Assembly (NCBI GenBank): GCA_013239625.1
Contig: MU054026.1
Span: forward strand, 496,001-560,000
Reading direction: 5' to 3'
Source: Lama guanicoe
Taxonomy: Eukaryota
Length of the DNA stretch: 64,000 nt
The position numbers were made by a program, and so were the translations under genes. This document shows, one piece after another, positions 50,718-62,378 of this stretch. The notes below the pieces were generated by a model. The model saw only the letters and a program-made list of their open reading frames with translations, was not told the origin of the DNA and made no database searches. Positions within the stretch are counted from its first letter, which is position 1; each line of letters begins with the position of its first letter.

Positions 50718-52476
50718 TAAAATGTTGTTTGCTTTATTCTGCGTCTTTTTCAGATGAGCTATTAACCTGGTCTTAGTCAACACTGATCATTCTGGAGAAA
50801 CGGACCTCCCTTCAGTCTAAGCGTGTGAATAGTAATAACATTTTTTTTTTTCGCAGAGCAAGGCAACGTCTGCTCAGATAAATGAATGTTCTAATCTGTT
50901 CTGATTTCTTTCACGTGTACTTCAACTCAGTCATATTTATTAAGCACCTGCTAAATGCCAGGAACCATATATGTATGAGGCACAGATGAAGAGGAAGAGA
51001 GTGGGTGAATGAGATGCTTTATTATTTTCATGATGAGCATGGATTTTGAGTTTTATCTACAAAACTACTACGTGTATATATATATATGTATGTATGTATG
51101 CATGTTATGTATATATATATGTGTGTGTGTGTGTGTGAAGGGTGATAGTCTGTGTGGTTCCATGTTCCCCACTTCTACTTAAATTACTGGGCTTCTTTGT
51201 TCTACTATAAGAAGTGAGAATATTATGTGTCTTCTCTTTGAAAAATACAGTGCTCTCTGGACAGCCATGTTAAATGACTAACAGAAAGGCTGGCATGCCT
51301 TCTCCATCTTTGCCAGGTTTTGTTGTATCTGGGTGGAAATGTTTGCAAACACACCAGCTCAATGGTCCGCGTTAATGGTGGTGAACAGAACGTGGGTGGG
51401 CACGCTCAAAAACACTGACAGTGCGCGCTGTGGCTTCGAAACATGGTCACAATCACCACCAGCCGGCCTGCCTCTCTCCCTCCTCCTTTCTCGCCCCACT
51501 TTTTCTCTCCTCCCTCGCCTCCTTTCTTTACTCCTCCATCTTCTGGACTTTTGAGAGCCCTTTGGTTGGTTGGTTATTCCGTGATCAGTTGTTGAGTCCC
51601 AGCTCGTGTTAAGCACCGTGTCAGCGGCTGTGGCTCGAGCTGTGGTTTCTAGGCTTAAAAACCTCATAGTCCAGGGATGAAGATAATGAATAACTGAATG
51701 TGTTATTAAATATTTGTAAGAAGAATTAGACGATCCCCTAGGGGGTTATGCCCTCTAGGGAGTAGGAAAAGGCTTCAAGGGGAAGTAAGGCGACCAAGGG
51801 TGGGTGTTAGGGACACTGTCATTTCCTGGCCAATGCAGGCCACATTCCAGGAGTTTTAGATCCAATTCCAAGTCTTCTAAGGACCTGGGTGAGTTTACCT
51901 TCCTAGAGCTTCGGCCTTCATATCACCAGCAAGTAGATAAGAACCCTCAGTTATATGAAGAGGAATAAAACAATGTTTGTGAACACTCTTTGACGAGTCA
52001 GGGAACTACATGTGTTCTCTTCATTTTGTTGCTGTAGAAATAGCCTCGGCCATTGAACTGGTGGTTCTTCTAAGCCAGCTCGTCTCCCTGCATCTCTCTG
52101 GAGGAATCCAAGCAAGACCAGGACCCTTTCACAAAAGACACAACCAAAGAGATGTAGCGTCTTGAATTCCAGTCTGTTGAAAGGCTGGAGGTTTTAAAAA
52201 TGACAATGATGACCTCACGTTACCCTTGTGGTTAGAGCATCCTGAGAATTTACCCAGCCATGATCTCATACAACATTTAGGTGAAAAGGGTTTTTTTCTT
52301 GTTTGTTTTGTTTTTTTTACCATTTTTGCTTTATAGACAAGTCCCCAAAAACCAAAATGGGTTGCTTTGTGTTAAGGCCAGAACACACTGAATGTCAGGA
52401 TTCTAAAAGAAAGATCTTAAAAATAACAGAGAGCAACCACACATAAGGGAAATGAGGCTGTGCCTAAGTAGCTGTG

Positions 52477-53578
52477 CAATTGTCCCTCTGATCTTTGGGG
52501 ACTGTGTTCAGAGACCACCAGTGAATGCTAGAAACCCCAGATAGTACAAAACCCTATATACACTGCTTTTTCCTATACGTGCATACCTATGATGAAGTTT
52601 AATTTATAAACTAGACACATGAAAAGATTAACAATAACCAATAGCAGAACAATTATAACAACATACTGTAATAAAAGCTATGTGAATATGATCTCTCTCA
52701 AAACATCTATTTATAGAGACAATGGGGTTCAGTTCCATACCACCACAATAAAGCAAATATCCCAATAAAGACAGTCACAATTTTTTTTTTGGTTTCCCAG
52801 TGCATATACAGGATATGTTTACATTAACTTTCTACAGTCTATTAAATGTGCAATAGTATTATGTCTAAAAAAATCAATGCATATGCCTTAATTTAAAAAT
52901 ATTTTATTGATTAAAAAATGCTAACCACCATTTGAGTCTTCAGTGAGTCAATGTAGGAACATCAAAGACCACTGATCACCGATCACCATAACAAACATAA
53001 TAATGACAAAAGAGTTTGAAATACTGTGAGAACTGCCAAAATGTTCATAGAGACCCAAAGTGAGCCAATGCTGCTGGAAAACTGGTGCTGATACAGTCTT
53101 GCTCTGCGCAGGGTTGCCACAAACCTTCAATCTGTAAAAAACACAGTGTCTTCAAAGCACAATGTCTGTACTGTATCACCCTTCTTGTGATGCTGTGAGA
53201 TGACGAAGCGTCTACGTGATGAGACGAGTGAAGTGAGTGACGTAGGCATCATGACACAGTGTTCATTTACAACTGACCTTCTGATGATTCGTCAGAAGGA
53301 GGATCATCTGCTTCAGGGGATCCGGGATTCTCGAGCCATGACCATGTCGGTGGTTGAATGTCAGAAGCAGACGATGTTGATGGTTGGGGATCCTGGGAAG
53401 GCTGGGAGAGACACAGTGGGACAGCATGAGATTTCATCACACTGCCCAGAACGATGTACAATTAAAACTTATAAAATTGTTTATTTCTGGAAGTTTACAT
53501 TGAATATTTTTGGATCATGGTTGACTATGGATAACTGAAACCTCAGAAAGTGAAATTGAAGACAAGAGGAGACAACTG
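52477..53578 (+). mobile_element. MER44-like (Tigger7-derived) DNA transposon, interrupted
   Basis: Terminal inverted repeats CAATTGTCCCTC and GAGGAGACAACTG|TA; internal CTACGTGATGAGACGAGTGAAGTGAGTGACGTAGGC. Confidence 0.8.
52710..53168 (+). mobile_element. Internally deleted Tigger1 nested in MER44
   Basis: The Tigger1 5' arm (CCACCACAATAAAGC...GGTTTCCCAGTGCATATA) joins the 3' arm (GGAACATCAAAGA...CAGGGTTGCCACAAACCTTCAAT) at about 52950. Confidence 0.8.
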
Positions 53579-54337
53579 TAATTAGAAAGCAAAAGTGAAT
53601 CTCAAACCCATAGCTCTCCTGACTTCTGCAGCTAAATCATACTGGGCTACATCTTAATTTTGAATTTGTCTTCAGTTGTCAAGCTCTTTAATATTGACTT
53701 TAAAATTTCATGATGTATACTCCCCTCCCCAACTCAAAGCTTTTCTATCAGTTGATAATCTAAAACAAATACTTAATTGTTTGAGGGAAATTTACTACAT
53801 GAAATAATCCTACATTCTGTGGATGAAAGAATTGGGTTGTTTTACCTTCTATAGATCTTTCCCGCCTTTACTAGGTTGCTTATTCTGTAAAGTTGAATAT
53901 TCCTATCTGGAATTTATTTGAGGCATTCTTGGCATGCCAGGAGCTGCTGCAGCCTCTGTGGACCTCAGTCCTAGGCTGTGGCTGTGTCCTGTGCTCTGAG
54001 GACATATGCAGGGCAGCCCATTGGCAGAGCTCAAAGCGTTAACTGTGCCTGTGTCCCCAAACCAATCTCACAAGTTGACCCCAGCCCCTAGAGCACCAGT
54101 ACACATGCCAGGTGAAATCAAGTCCAGTTAACTTCCTCTCTTTCAGATCACTGAGCAGACACTTGAGAAGATAACACTGTTGCTTAAGATGGCTTTTAGC
54201 TTGGGTGGTCGCGTTCTGATGTTCTCCTGCAGAGCTGTAAAAGGCTAGGATTTGGGCAGCCTTCAGTCCTGGGGCAGTCAACTACTACCCCGTTACTTTT
54301 TAGCTTCTAGCAAAACTGGTCACAGGTAATGGGGGAC

Positions 54338-54783
54338 TCTGATGATTAATTTCGTGTCAAATTCACTGGGTCACAGGATGCCCAGAAATCATGTTTAATC
54401 AAATATCCGGGCACCCTGTGACCCAGTGAACTTGCCATTTGTATATCTGTAAGAACGTTTCTAGAAGAAATCAGCTTTTTAATTGATAGAATGAATAAAG
54501 AGATGGCCGTCCCCAGGGTGGGTGGGTGGGCATGATCCAAACCACGCCCTGCGACAGGGTCCTACACCATTAGTGTGCATTGTTCTCAGGTCCTAGGACG
54601 TGGACTGGAACTACACCACGTGCTTTGCTGGGTCTCCTGCTTGCAGCCAGGAGGCTGAGGGGCTTCTCAACCTCCACAACCATGTGAGCCAGATCCTCAT
54701 AATAAATCTATCTATATCTGTATATCTTTGTAAATATCCAATTGGTCCTTTTATTTTTTTCCTGGAGAACTTTGACTAATACC
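54338..54783 (+). mobile_element. Solo MLT2 (ERV-L) LTR
   Basis: TGATGATTAATTTCGTGTCAA...CTGGAGAACTTTGACTAATAC; near-TSD GGGAC/GAGAC. Confidence 0.85.
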
Positions 54784-55522
54784 GAGACTTAAAACTACTT
54801 ACTGAATATTGATCAAGGATGTAATACTGATAAAATAGAATGGAGACTGTTGTCGTGTTAGCTGGCATGGCTGGTAGGAAGGGTGGGCTTCATCTTGTGT
54901 CTTTGCTATGGGGCTGCTGCAGATTTTCTTTCCCAAGTCTGAACCGTTTCAGTGAAACTGACAGCATGGAATTTTCCAGTCGGGGAGGACTTCCTGCAAG
55001 CCTGGCCCTGACACATCGCAGGTTGGAGGTTATAAACCCCCAGCACCCCAGGTGCCTACAGTCTAGTTGGAGAGAAAAAGTCACATAAAAAAAGAGCCAG
55101 GAAAGTTTCTGGGAGAAGGTGACACTGAACAGAGCTCTGAAAAAGGCAGAAAGGCAGAGACATAGGATAAAGGGGAGAGACCAACTTTGTTAGAGAAAAC
55201 ATCCATGAGATGGTCAGTGATTAAGAACAAAATGTGGGATAAAACATTCCAGATAATCTCTGTGCATCTTAACTAAAACACTTTTTAGCATGACTGTCTC
55301 TCATTTGGGGAATGGGGGGAATATATTCCACTATAATGATCATAGAGTCACAATTTACAGAAGAGAAGAAATAAGTTATTAATAATATGAAAAATTGTAA
55401 GTTTGCTTGTACTTTAAAAAAACAGTTAAATGTAAATAATAATAAACTTTTACCTATCAAATTGGCAAATATTTAAATATTAATAAAAAGTACTGCTGGT
55501 GAAGAAGTAGAGAGATGAATAA

Positions 55523-55580
55523 TCCTTCCTTCCTTCCTTCCTTCCTTCCTTCCTTCCTTCCTTCCTTCCTTCCTTCCTTC

Positions 55581-55649
<69 letters not shown>

Positions 55650-55720
55650 TTTCTTTCTTTCTTTCTCTCCTTCTTTCTTTCTTTCTCTCCTTCTCTCTCT
55701 CTCTCTCTCTCTCTTTTTTT
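55523..55720. repeat. Compound microsatellite (CCTT)n(CTTT)n(CT)n
   Basis: Pure pyrimidine tract of about 198 bp that forms the tail of the adjacent SINE. Confidence 0.97.
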
Positions 55721-55799
55721 AAGTGGAGGTACCGAGCACTGAACCCAGGACCTCATATATGCTAAGCATGTGCTCTACCACTGAGCTACCCACACCACC
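55721..55799 (-). mobile_element. Vic-1-like SINE head
   Basis: GGAGGTACCGAGCACTGAACCCAGGACCTC...ATGCTAAGCATGTGCTCTACCACTGAGCTA. Confidence 0.88.
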
Positions 55800-56439
55800 T
55801 AATAAATTTTATTTTTAAATGTTAATACAATATATTGGTTCAACATTGGATTTTTCACTACAGAAGAAATGTTCAATTTCTAGATCAAACATTAAGATGT
55901 TTCCCAAAATGGCTTTGATCTATCATCCTGACTTCCAAAGTTTTCTGATTTAGAGATGAAGAAAATGAAGCCTTGGAAAGTTGTGTGAATTTCTTAAAGT
56001 CAAAGAACAAATTAGAGGCAAGATTATGAGTGAAAACCCCAGATCTTGATGCCAAGTCAGCGAACTTTTTATTCCACATAATCTTCTTGAATAATTACAT
56101 CACAACTTAAACATTTATTGAGCATCTAATGTGCCTTAAGCTCTGGTCTAGGCAGGGACTAGGGACACAATGAAACAGAAGATAAAAGACTTTGTTCTCC
56201 AGGAGTTCACAACCCACTGGAAGATAAACTCACTTCAAAATAATTTTTAGAAAATTAAAAAAATCAAGCCACTGAATCACCTCAAATCAAGTCCTTCTTG
56301 GATTGAAACAGGGTATGATGACAAAAACTCCATGTGGTGTGATGGATGTGATAATGTGGTGGCAGAGGAGAGCTGATTGTCAGCTCCCCCGAAGTGGCTG
56401 CTCAGCAGAGGCATCCCAGAGTCACGGCTACCATTTATT

Positions 56440-56650
56440 CCAAGTGCGTCAAACTCCACACACTCTTCTAAATGCCCTTTGTGGGTTAAATTGTTTAATC
56501 CCCACAACGGTCCCATGAGGGAAGTTTGGTTATTCTTACCTCCCACTTTGTAGATGATGAAATTGAGGTAATAAGAGACTAAGGAAGTTCCCCAGGCATC
56601 GAACGGGAGCCAGAATTCGAGCTCAGACGGTCTTAGAACCCATGTCCCAC
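56440..56650 (-). mobile_element. MIR SINE (a second MIR at about 55920-56070)
   Basis: TTTAATCCCCACAAC...CCCACTTTGTAGATGATGAAATTGAGG. Confidence 0.7.
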
Positions 56651-58429
56651 TGCACACAGGACGCGACATTTGAACTGGGAATTGAAGGATGTAGGGGAGA
56701 AACTCATTCTAGGCGGAGTTAAAGGCATGTTCCAAGGCTTGGAGGCTGCAGGGTGCTTAATTCCTCCAGAGAGATTCACTGTGAGGGGTGGAGGTGGGGG
56801 GCGGAAGTGACCTTTGCTCAGGTGGTTCAAGGGATGCTCTGCCGTGAGGCCTGAGCCCCAGCGCGCACGCTGCGGAGCACCGCTCTTCGCAGGCAGCCGG
56901 AAGCCAGTGAAAGCTTAAGCAGGGAGGAAATACGATGGAACTTGCCTTTTAGAATGATCATGTATTAATCAGCCCACGAAGTGACTGAGATGAGTTCAGC
57001 TGGCTGAGACCCCTGACCCTGTGACCATGATTCAGCCATACACTTCCTCCAGTAAAAAAGAATGGCCCTTAAATGGAAACCATTGCTCATTGCTACAGGG
57101 ATTAATAAAATCTCTCGAGGCCAAGAAAGCCAAATCACAATTTTAAAACGTCCCTTCCCAGCCGGCAGCTGCTGTGAGTGACTTGTGAACGTGGGCGTCT
57201 GGCAGCTCTGCCTTCACTGGCCGTATATCGCTCTGCCTCCCTCTCATAAACCTTCCTGTTTATTTTGTGGGAGGATAAAGCGCCTGACAGACCTTATCCA
57301 GGAGGAAAATAAAGAAGCAGGAGGCCTTAAATTTTCATCAAGTTCCAGAAACCTCCAACCCAACACAAATCCTCAGATTTGAAACTTGGAAAATTGGGGA
57401 CCTTACCTGGGCATGCCTTTGGCTGCCTGCCTCCTCCTTCTGGTCCCCCGTTCCCACTTCTGTGACATCGTCCCCCTGCCTTCTGCCTAATCTCTGAGTC
57501 CCACCTCCCAGTGGATTAAAGTTCTCATATTGTCAAAACCTCACGCTGCATTTCCCCCGGGCAGGCCTGCCCTTTCCAGGAATGCCCACCTTTTAAAATT
57601 ACTTCCTTACGTTTCTAGTTACAGCTATTACACTCCTGGGGCTGAGCTCAAATATGTGTTAGGAGGAGAGCAATTTAATTAAATCGCATCCACTAAGGAA
57701 TAAATAACTTATAGCCCCCAACCCCATCTCTCGAATCATCCCAGGTATGTTAGAAATGCAATGAAAGAAACGTTATCTCATACTATTGAATATAGCAATG
57801 TAATAACAGTATCTCCCAAGTGGAGGTCATATTCCCTAACCCCCTTAAAGCATTCTTCCCTTGCATGACCCCGCTTCTGGCTGAAGCCAGTCTGCTCATT
57901 GTATGCTCTGGTCTCTCTTCAGCAGTTTTCAAACATTTGTTTTCACTTCCTCCTTATCAGCACCAGCCCCTCTACTCGGAGCTCCCTGGTTTGACTTCCT
58001 ACAAGCCTGAACACACTTACTTGTTTCTTCTCTGAGCATCACGTTCAGTCTCAGAGGGAGGACGCAGGAGGGCTGGACCAATGATGAAGGAGAGAAAAGG
58101 AGAGAGATGTGTCGATTTTTCATAAAGATGGAGGCACGCAGAGTGTACTCTTATGTTACCTGCCTTCTTTGGCTCTTATATGATTGAACTTGATGTATCT
58201 GATGGCACTGTGGCCATTCTCATTGCTATATAGTAGTTTTGGGTACCTCTATCCATTTTATTGTTGGTTGGCATAAAGTGGTTTTCTAGTTTGAGGCTAA
58301 TATAAGTAATGCTGCTGTGATAATTCTTATAAATAGTTTACAGTGAATGTATGTACCTGGGAATGGAGTCATTGTATCGTTAAGATACTCATCTGTTCAG
58401 CTCTGGCCAAGCAACACTTACACTTCACG

Positions 58430-59030
58430 CTAAACTATTGAAAGCTTTTCTCTGATATTGGCAATCACTTTTATGCAATATTTTACTAGAGTCTCAGGCA
58501 GTGTAAAAAAGGCAATAAAAGAACATAAAAGGCATGCGGATTGGAGAGAAGGAAAGAAAACCAGCATTTTTCACAGGAGACATAATTCTGTATGTGGGAA
58601 ATCCAAATGAATCTTCAAACTATTAGACTTCAGTGAATTTAGCAAGATCTCTGCATATATGCATATAAAGTAAATATATGTAAAGTGGATTGAATTCTAT
58701 CTACTGGCAAAAATAGATGGAAGATGAAATCTTTTAAAAGGGTATCATTTGTCACAGCTCCATAAAGCATCCATTAGGAATTAACTGAATAACAGATCTG
58801 CACTGTCTCCATGCTGGAAATGATAAATTATTATTCAGGAAAATTAATAGAAGATGATACCACAGTATCATTTTCTAGTGTTGGAGGACTCAGTATGGTA
58901 AGGAGAGCAATTGCCAGATTTATCCAGTGGATTAAATGTAATCCCAAACAAAATGTTGGCAGGTTTTGGGGTAGAATTGAACAGATTCTAAATGTATATG
59001 AAAAAAAGAAAGAATTAAGAGTAAAAAAAA
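58430..59030 (+). mobile_element. Old, degenerate LINE-1 ORF2 (RT region) fragment
   Basis: GCATGCGGATTGGAGAGAAGGAA...TTTTCACAGGAGACATAATTCTGTATGTGGGAAATCC corresponds to the GIQIGKEE...FADDMILY..NP region. Confidence 0.65.
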
Positions 59031-59041
59031 TCAAACGTTGG

Positions 59042-59226
59042 TTTTTTTTTTTTGAAGTATAGTTGATTCACAATGTTGTGTTATTTCCTGGTGTACAGCA
59101 AAGTGATTCAGGTGTGTGTGTGTGTGTGTGTGTGTATATGTATACACATATATACATAATCCTTTTTATAATTTTTATTCTAGGCTATTACAAGGTATTG
59201 AATATAGTTCCCTGAGCTATATAGTA
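59042..59226 (-). mobile_element. LINE-1 3' end with internal (TG)n
   Basis: TTGAAGTATAGTTGATTCACAATGTTGTG...GGTGTACAGCAAAGTGATTCAG; homologous to about 43745-43915. Confidence 0.85.
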
Positions 59227-60989
59227 AAAGGTCATTATTTTTTAAATTGGTACTACTGATTGAGGTATAGTGTCTAACAACCTGAAAAAATGCTATTTAC
59301 TCTTCTCTGTAAAATTAGTATGTTAAACCATTAGACGAATATAGTATTTATATTCTTTTCTAGTGCCTTAATTGTTGTGATCTTGATTAACACAACAGCC
59401 ATGAGAGACGAGCAGAGGAGAGAAATTTATATTAATCGGAAGAGAAATCCAAGACCCAGAAAGGCAGATGACTTTATTCCAGGTATAAGCCCAAGACAAA
59501 ACTGGGATAAGAACTCTGATTTTTTCCTTCAGTGGCCTTTCCCTAAACTTACACCATCTAGACCCCAAATGAATCAATGCATTTCTTATTCTTTTGTGGA
59601 ACATTGTGTGGTGATCGCAACCTATCAAATGACTTGATGGGGTGAAAAACGTGACAACAGCAAACCTAGGTCAGCCATGTGAACTGGGGCTGTTTATTTC
59701 AGAGGAGCTGTCAGAAGGCGCTGTGTTGGAGTCAAGCACACTTTTTTTTTTGTTTGCTAAATGTACGTGGTAAAATTGCAGACATTAAGTGCTTGTTTGC
59801 TGAGATTTTGCTGTATCTGATTACATAGTCTCTCTTTAACTCTTTCTGCTTTATTGTGATTGCCAGCATCTCAATATTCCCTAACTACAGCAGATTAGTA
59901 TTTCTTTTGGTTCATTATTTACCAAGATAAAGATTCCATTTTGAGATCACAACATAGTTATTTCCCCTCCCAAATTGAAGATAGCAAGCTGCTGGTAAGA
60001 AAAAAGAAATAACTAATTCTATTTCTTTCATGAAAATAACAGTTGCTTTCTTGTCAGTTAAACACGTTCAGTAACTTGTCAACAAAATTACAGCATGTTC
60101 CCCCTTCATCCAACTATGCACTGTAGTTACAAACAAAGGCTTAATTTTACCAGCAGAAGCTCATGCAGTTGCTGGCACATCCTTAAGTACATTTCCTATT
60201 TTAGTGTTTAGACATATTCCCTGAGTCTCATCTTTTCAAATTCCACGTCCACTAATTTTAACCTCACATGAAAAAAATGAGGTTTCTAGACTCCTTATCT
60301 TCCTGGTTGCCTGGCATGCCCAAGCAGAAGAAAAGGATTAATGAAAAATAAGTTAATAGGATTGAAAGAAAAAATAGAAGGAAGAAAGAAGAGAGAGCAC
60401 CCAAGTGGGAGGAAGAGAGAGAAAGCCGGAAACAAGTGGGACCCTGCACCCCCCCACCCCCCAACCTTGGCCTCATTTATAGAAAGGCTGAAATCTCCCA
60501 GGCATCTCTGAGTCACAAAAGAGCAGGATCAAGCGGCTGATCATTAGGACGATGGAGTCACAGACTCACCGTCTGAAGCATGTTTCTGAGTTGTTTTACA
60601 GACTCTGTAACTTCCAGAAGGAAAAAACTAGCTGTGCGATGACCAGACTGCAGCCATGAGATAAGCTGCTGCTTCTTGAGCAGCACTGAATTTGTGGTCA
60701 GCACAATTCCAAGAGCTGGCCATAAGAGAATGGGATTAACACCACTGCTCATAATAATCTATATCTTTGTGGGCATCAAAATAATTGTAGCTTGTTCCGC
60801 CCATCCGTGGAAGCGGGCAACTAAAACTGTCAGCAAAGAGATGCGTCAGGGTCAACCCCATGTCGATAGCTTTCATCCTAAAACATCAACACCCTTTCTC
60901 AGCATGAAGCAGCTGCAGAAGGCAGACCTCCACCCATCATCCCATAGACATGGAATAATATCAGATGGGGTAGGGGTGGGGCGTGTAGG

Positions 60990-61513
60990 GATTTGTAATC
61001 AGGAAACTCCCCTCAGCAGGAAACCCCCTGCTACTTTAGCACAGCTACACTGTAACTAACTTTTAAATCAGACCTCCCCCATGCTTGTCAAGTCTTTTGA
61101 TCCCATATTACCTTGCCTAACTTGTTGGTTTTCTCCGCAGCTCAAAGAAGTAGAGATGGAGAGTAAGTAATCAACAAATGGCCAGATCTCTTCCCTTCAT
61201 AATCTCGTGGACAAACCATGTGAACAAGGTAGCATGTAAGGAAAATTCACAAGGAATTGACAAGGCTGCATGACAAGGCTACCTGCGTGGGGGATGGTGA
61301 CGACTCTGACCCCCTGACTCAACGATCAACAGAGATTGTTTCCTGTTATCCCTTAAAAATTTCCATGGCTGAGCAGAATCTTCAGAGATGGTTTTTGGGG
61401 ACACTGAGTCCACCATTTCCCCAGATGGCTGGCGTTCTTTCCTTTCTATCAAAGTCACCTTTCTCGAGGGTTGATTTTTGAGCAGCAAGCAGTCGGACCT
61501 GAGTTCAGTAACA
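60990..61513 (+). mobile_element. ERV1-class LTR (5' boundary uncertain)
   Basis: The 3' end TTTTGAGCAGCAAGCAGTCGGACCTGAGTTCAGTAACA, with TTAAAAA and TTCAGAGATGG upstream, is typical of MER4-group LTRs; no TSD resolved. Confidence 0.55.
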
Positions 61514-62292
61514 CAGTGAATGAGAACAGATGTTGCATCCACCTACTCCTTCTAGTCTGTGGATGAGAGGAAGTGTAGAATTCAGTTACTGGGTGAGGGC
61601 TCAAATATCATTTACAATGATAAATAGCCTGCATATTAACAATTGAAACCAAAGTAAGCTTTGTAAGATCTGAAATCTTTGAAATTTTCCAGGGCAGAGG
61701 GTTGCATGGCAGTTTCGCTCCATGCCTTTTTGGCATTTGCCAATGTTTTATATCAACAAAGGTGCTTGATTCAAAGGACTAAAAATTTAATATCCTCTCA
61801 TTTGCTGTTGCTCAAATTAGGGGTGATCCATTACTTTGGAGGAATGTCTTTGTGGTCTTTCTCTACTTAATGCCAAACATTCTTTCTTTCTTTTTTCTTT
61901 TTTGTAAAATTATTCACAGGGGCATGAATCATCAGATTGGTTACTTGTGTATTCTGGTAGATTGCATGAAGATTTTTACTGAACTCAGCTACTTGGTGAT
62001 TAATGTCAGTGGATACTTCCTTATATCTTCTAAATGAATTGACACATTAAAATAAAGTTTGGAATACAGCAAAACTGTCCCTGTCTTCAGAATGCTTTCA
62101 CTTTGAGCACTGAATCTTCATACCATACTGATTCGTGAAACAGATCTTTCTAATGTATAGTCACAATGCATAAAGTGTATAAAGCGTGAAACAAAACAGA
62201 AATTCAACAGAAATCCAAGTATTCAAAGGCACATTATTCTGAAATTATTAATGTATTTTCTGGTACAAAGGAAAAGAATATATAACAAGAAT

Positions 62293-62378
62293 TGAACAAC
62301 ATGAGTTTGAACAGTGAGGGTTCACTTATTTATATGTGGATTTTTAAATGGTAAATACTACAGTACTGCATAATCTGT
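62293..62378 (+). mobile_element. Tigger2/MER8-like DNA transposon 5' fragment
   Basis: TTGAACAACATGAGTTTGAAC...CACTTAT...TGGATTTT...GTAAATACTACAGTACT. Confidence 0.6.

Noticed and set aside
53275..53300. Hairpin as a possible pre-miRNA
   Set aside because: Too short, and part of the MER44 internal sequence.
55457..55756. Charged KER-repeat ORF and its FLS-repeat antisense ORF
   Set aside because: Translation of a microsatellite.
60564..60735. Minus-strand 146-nt exon candidate (ACG|GTGAGT donor)
   Set aside because: Mediocre acceptor, unrecognised peptide and no partner exons on that strand.
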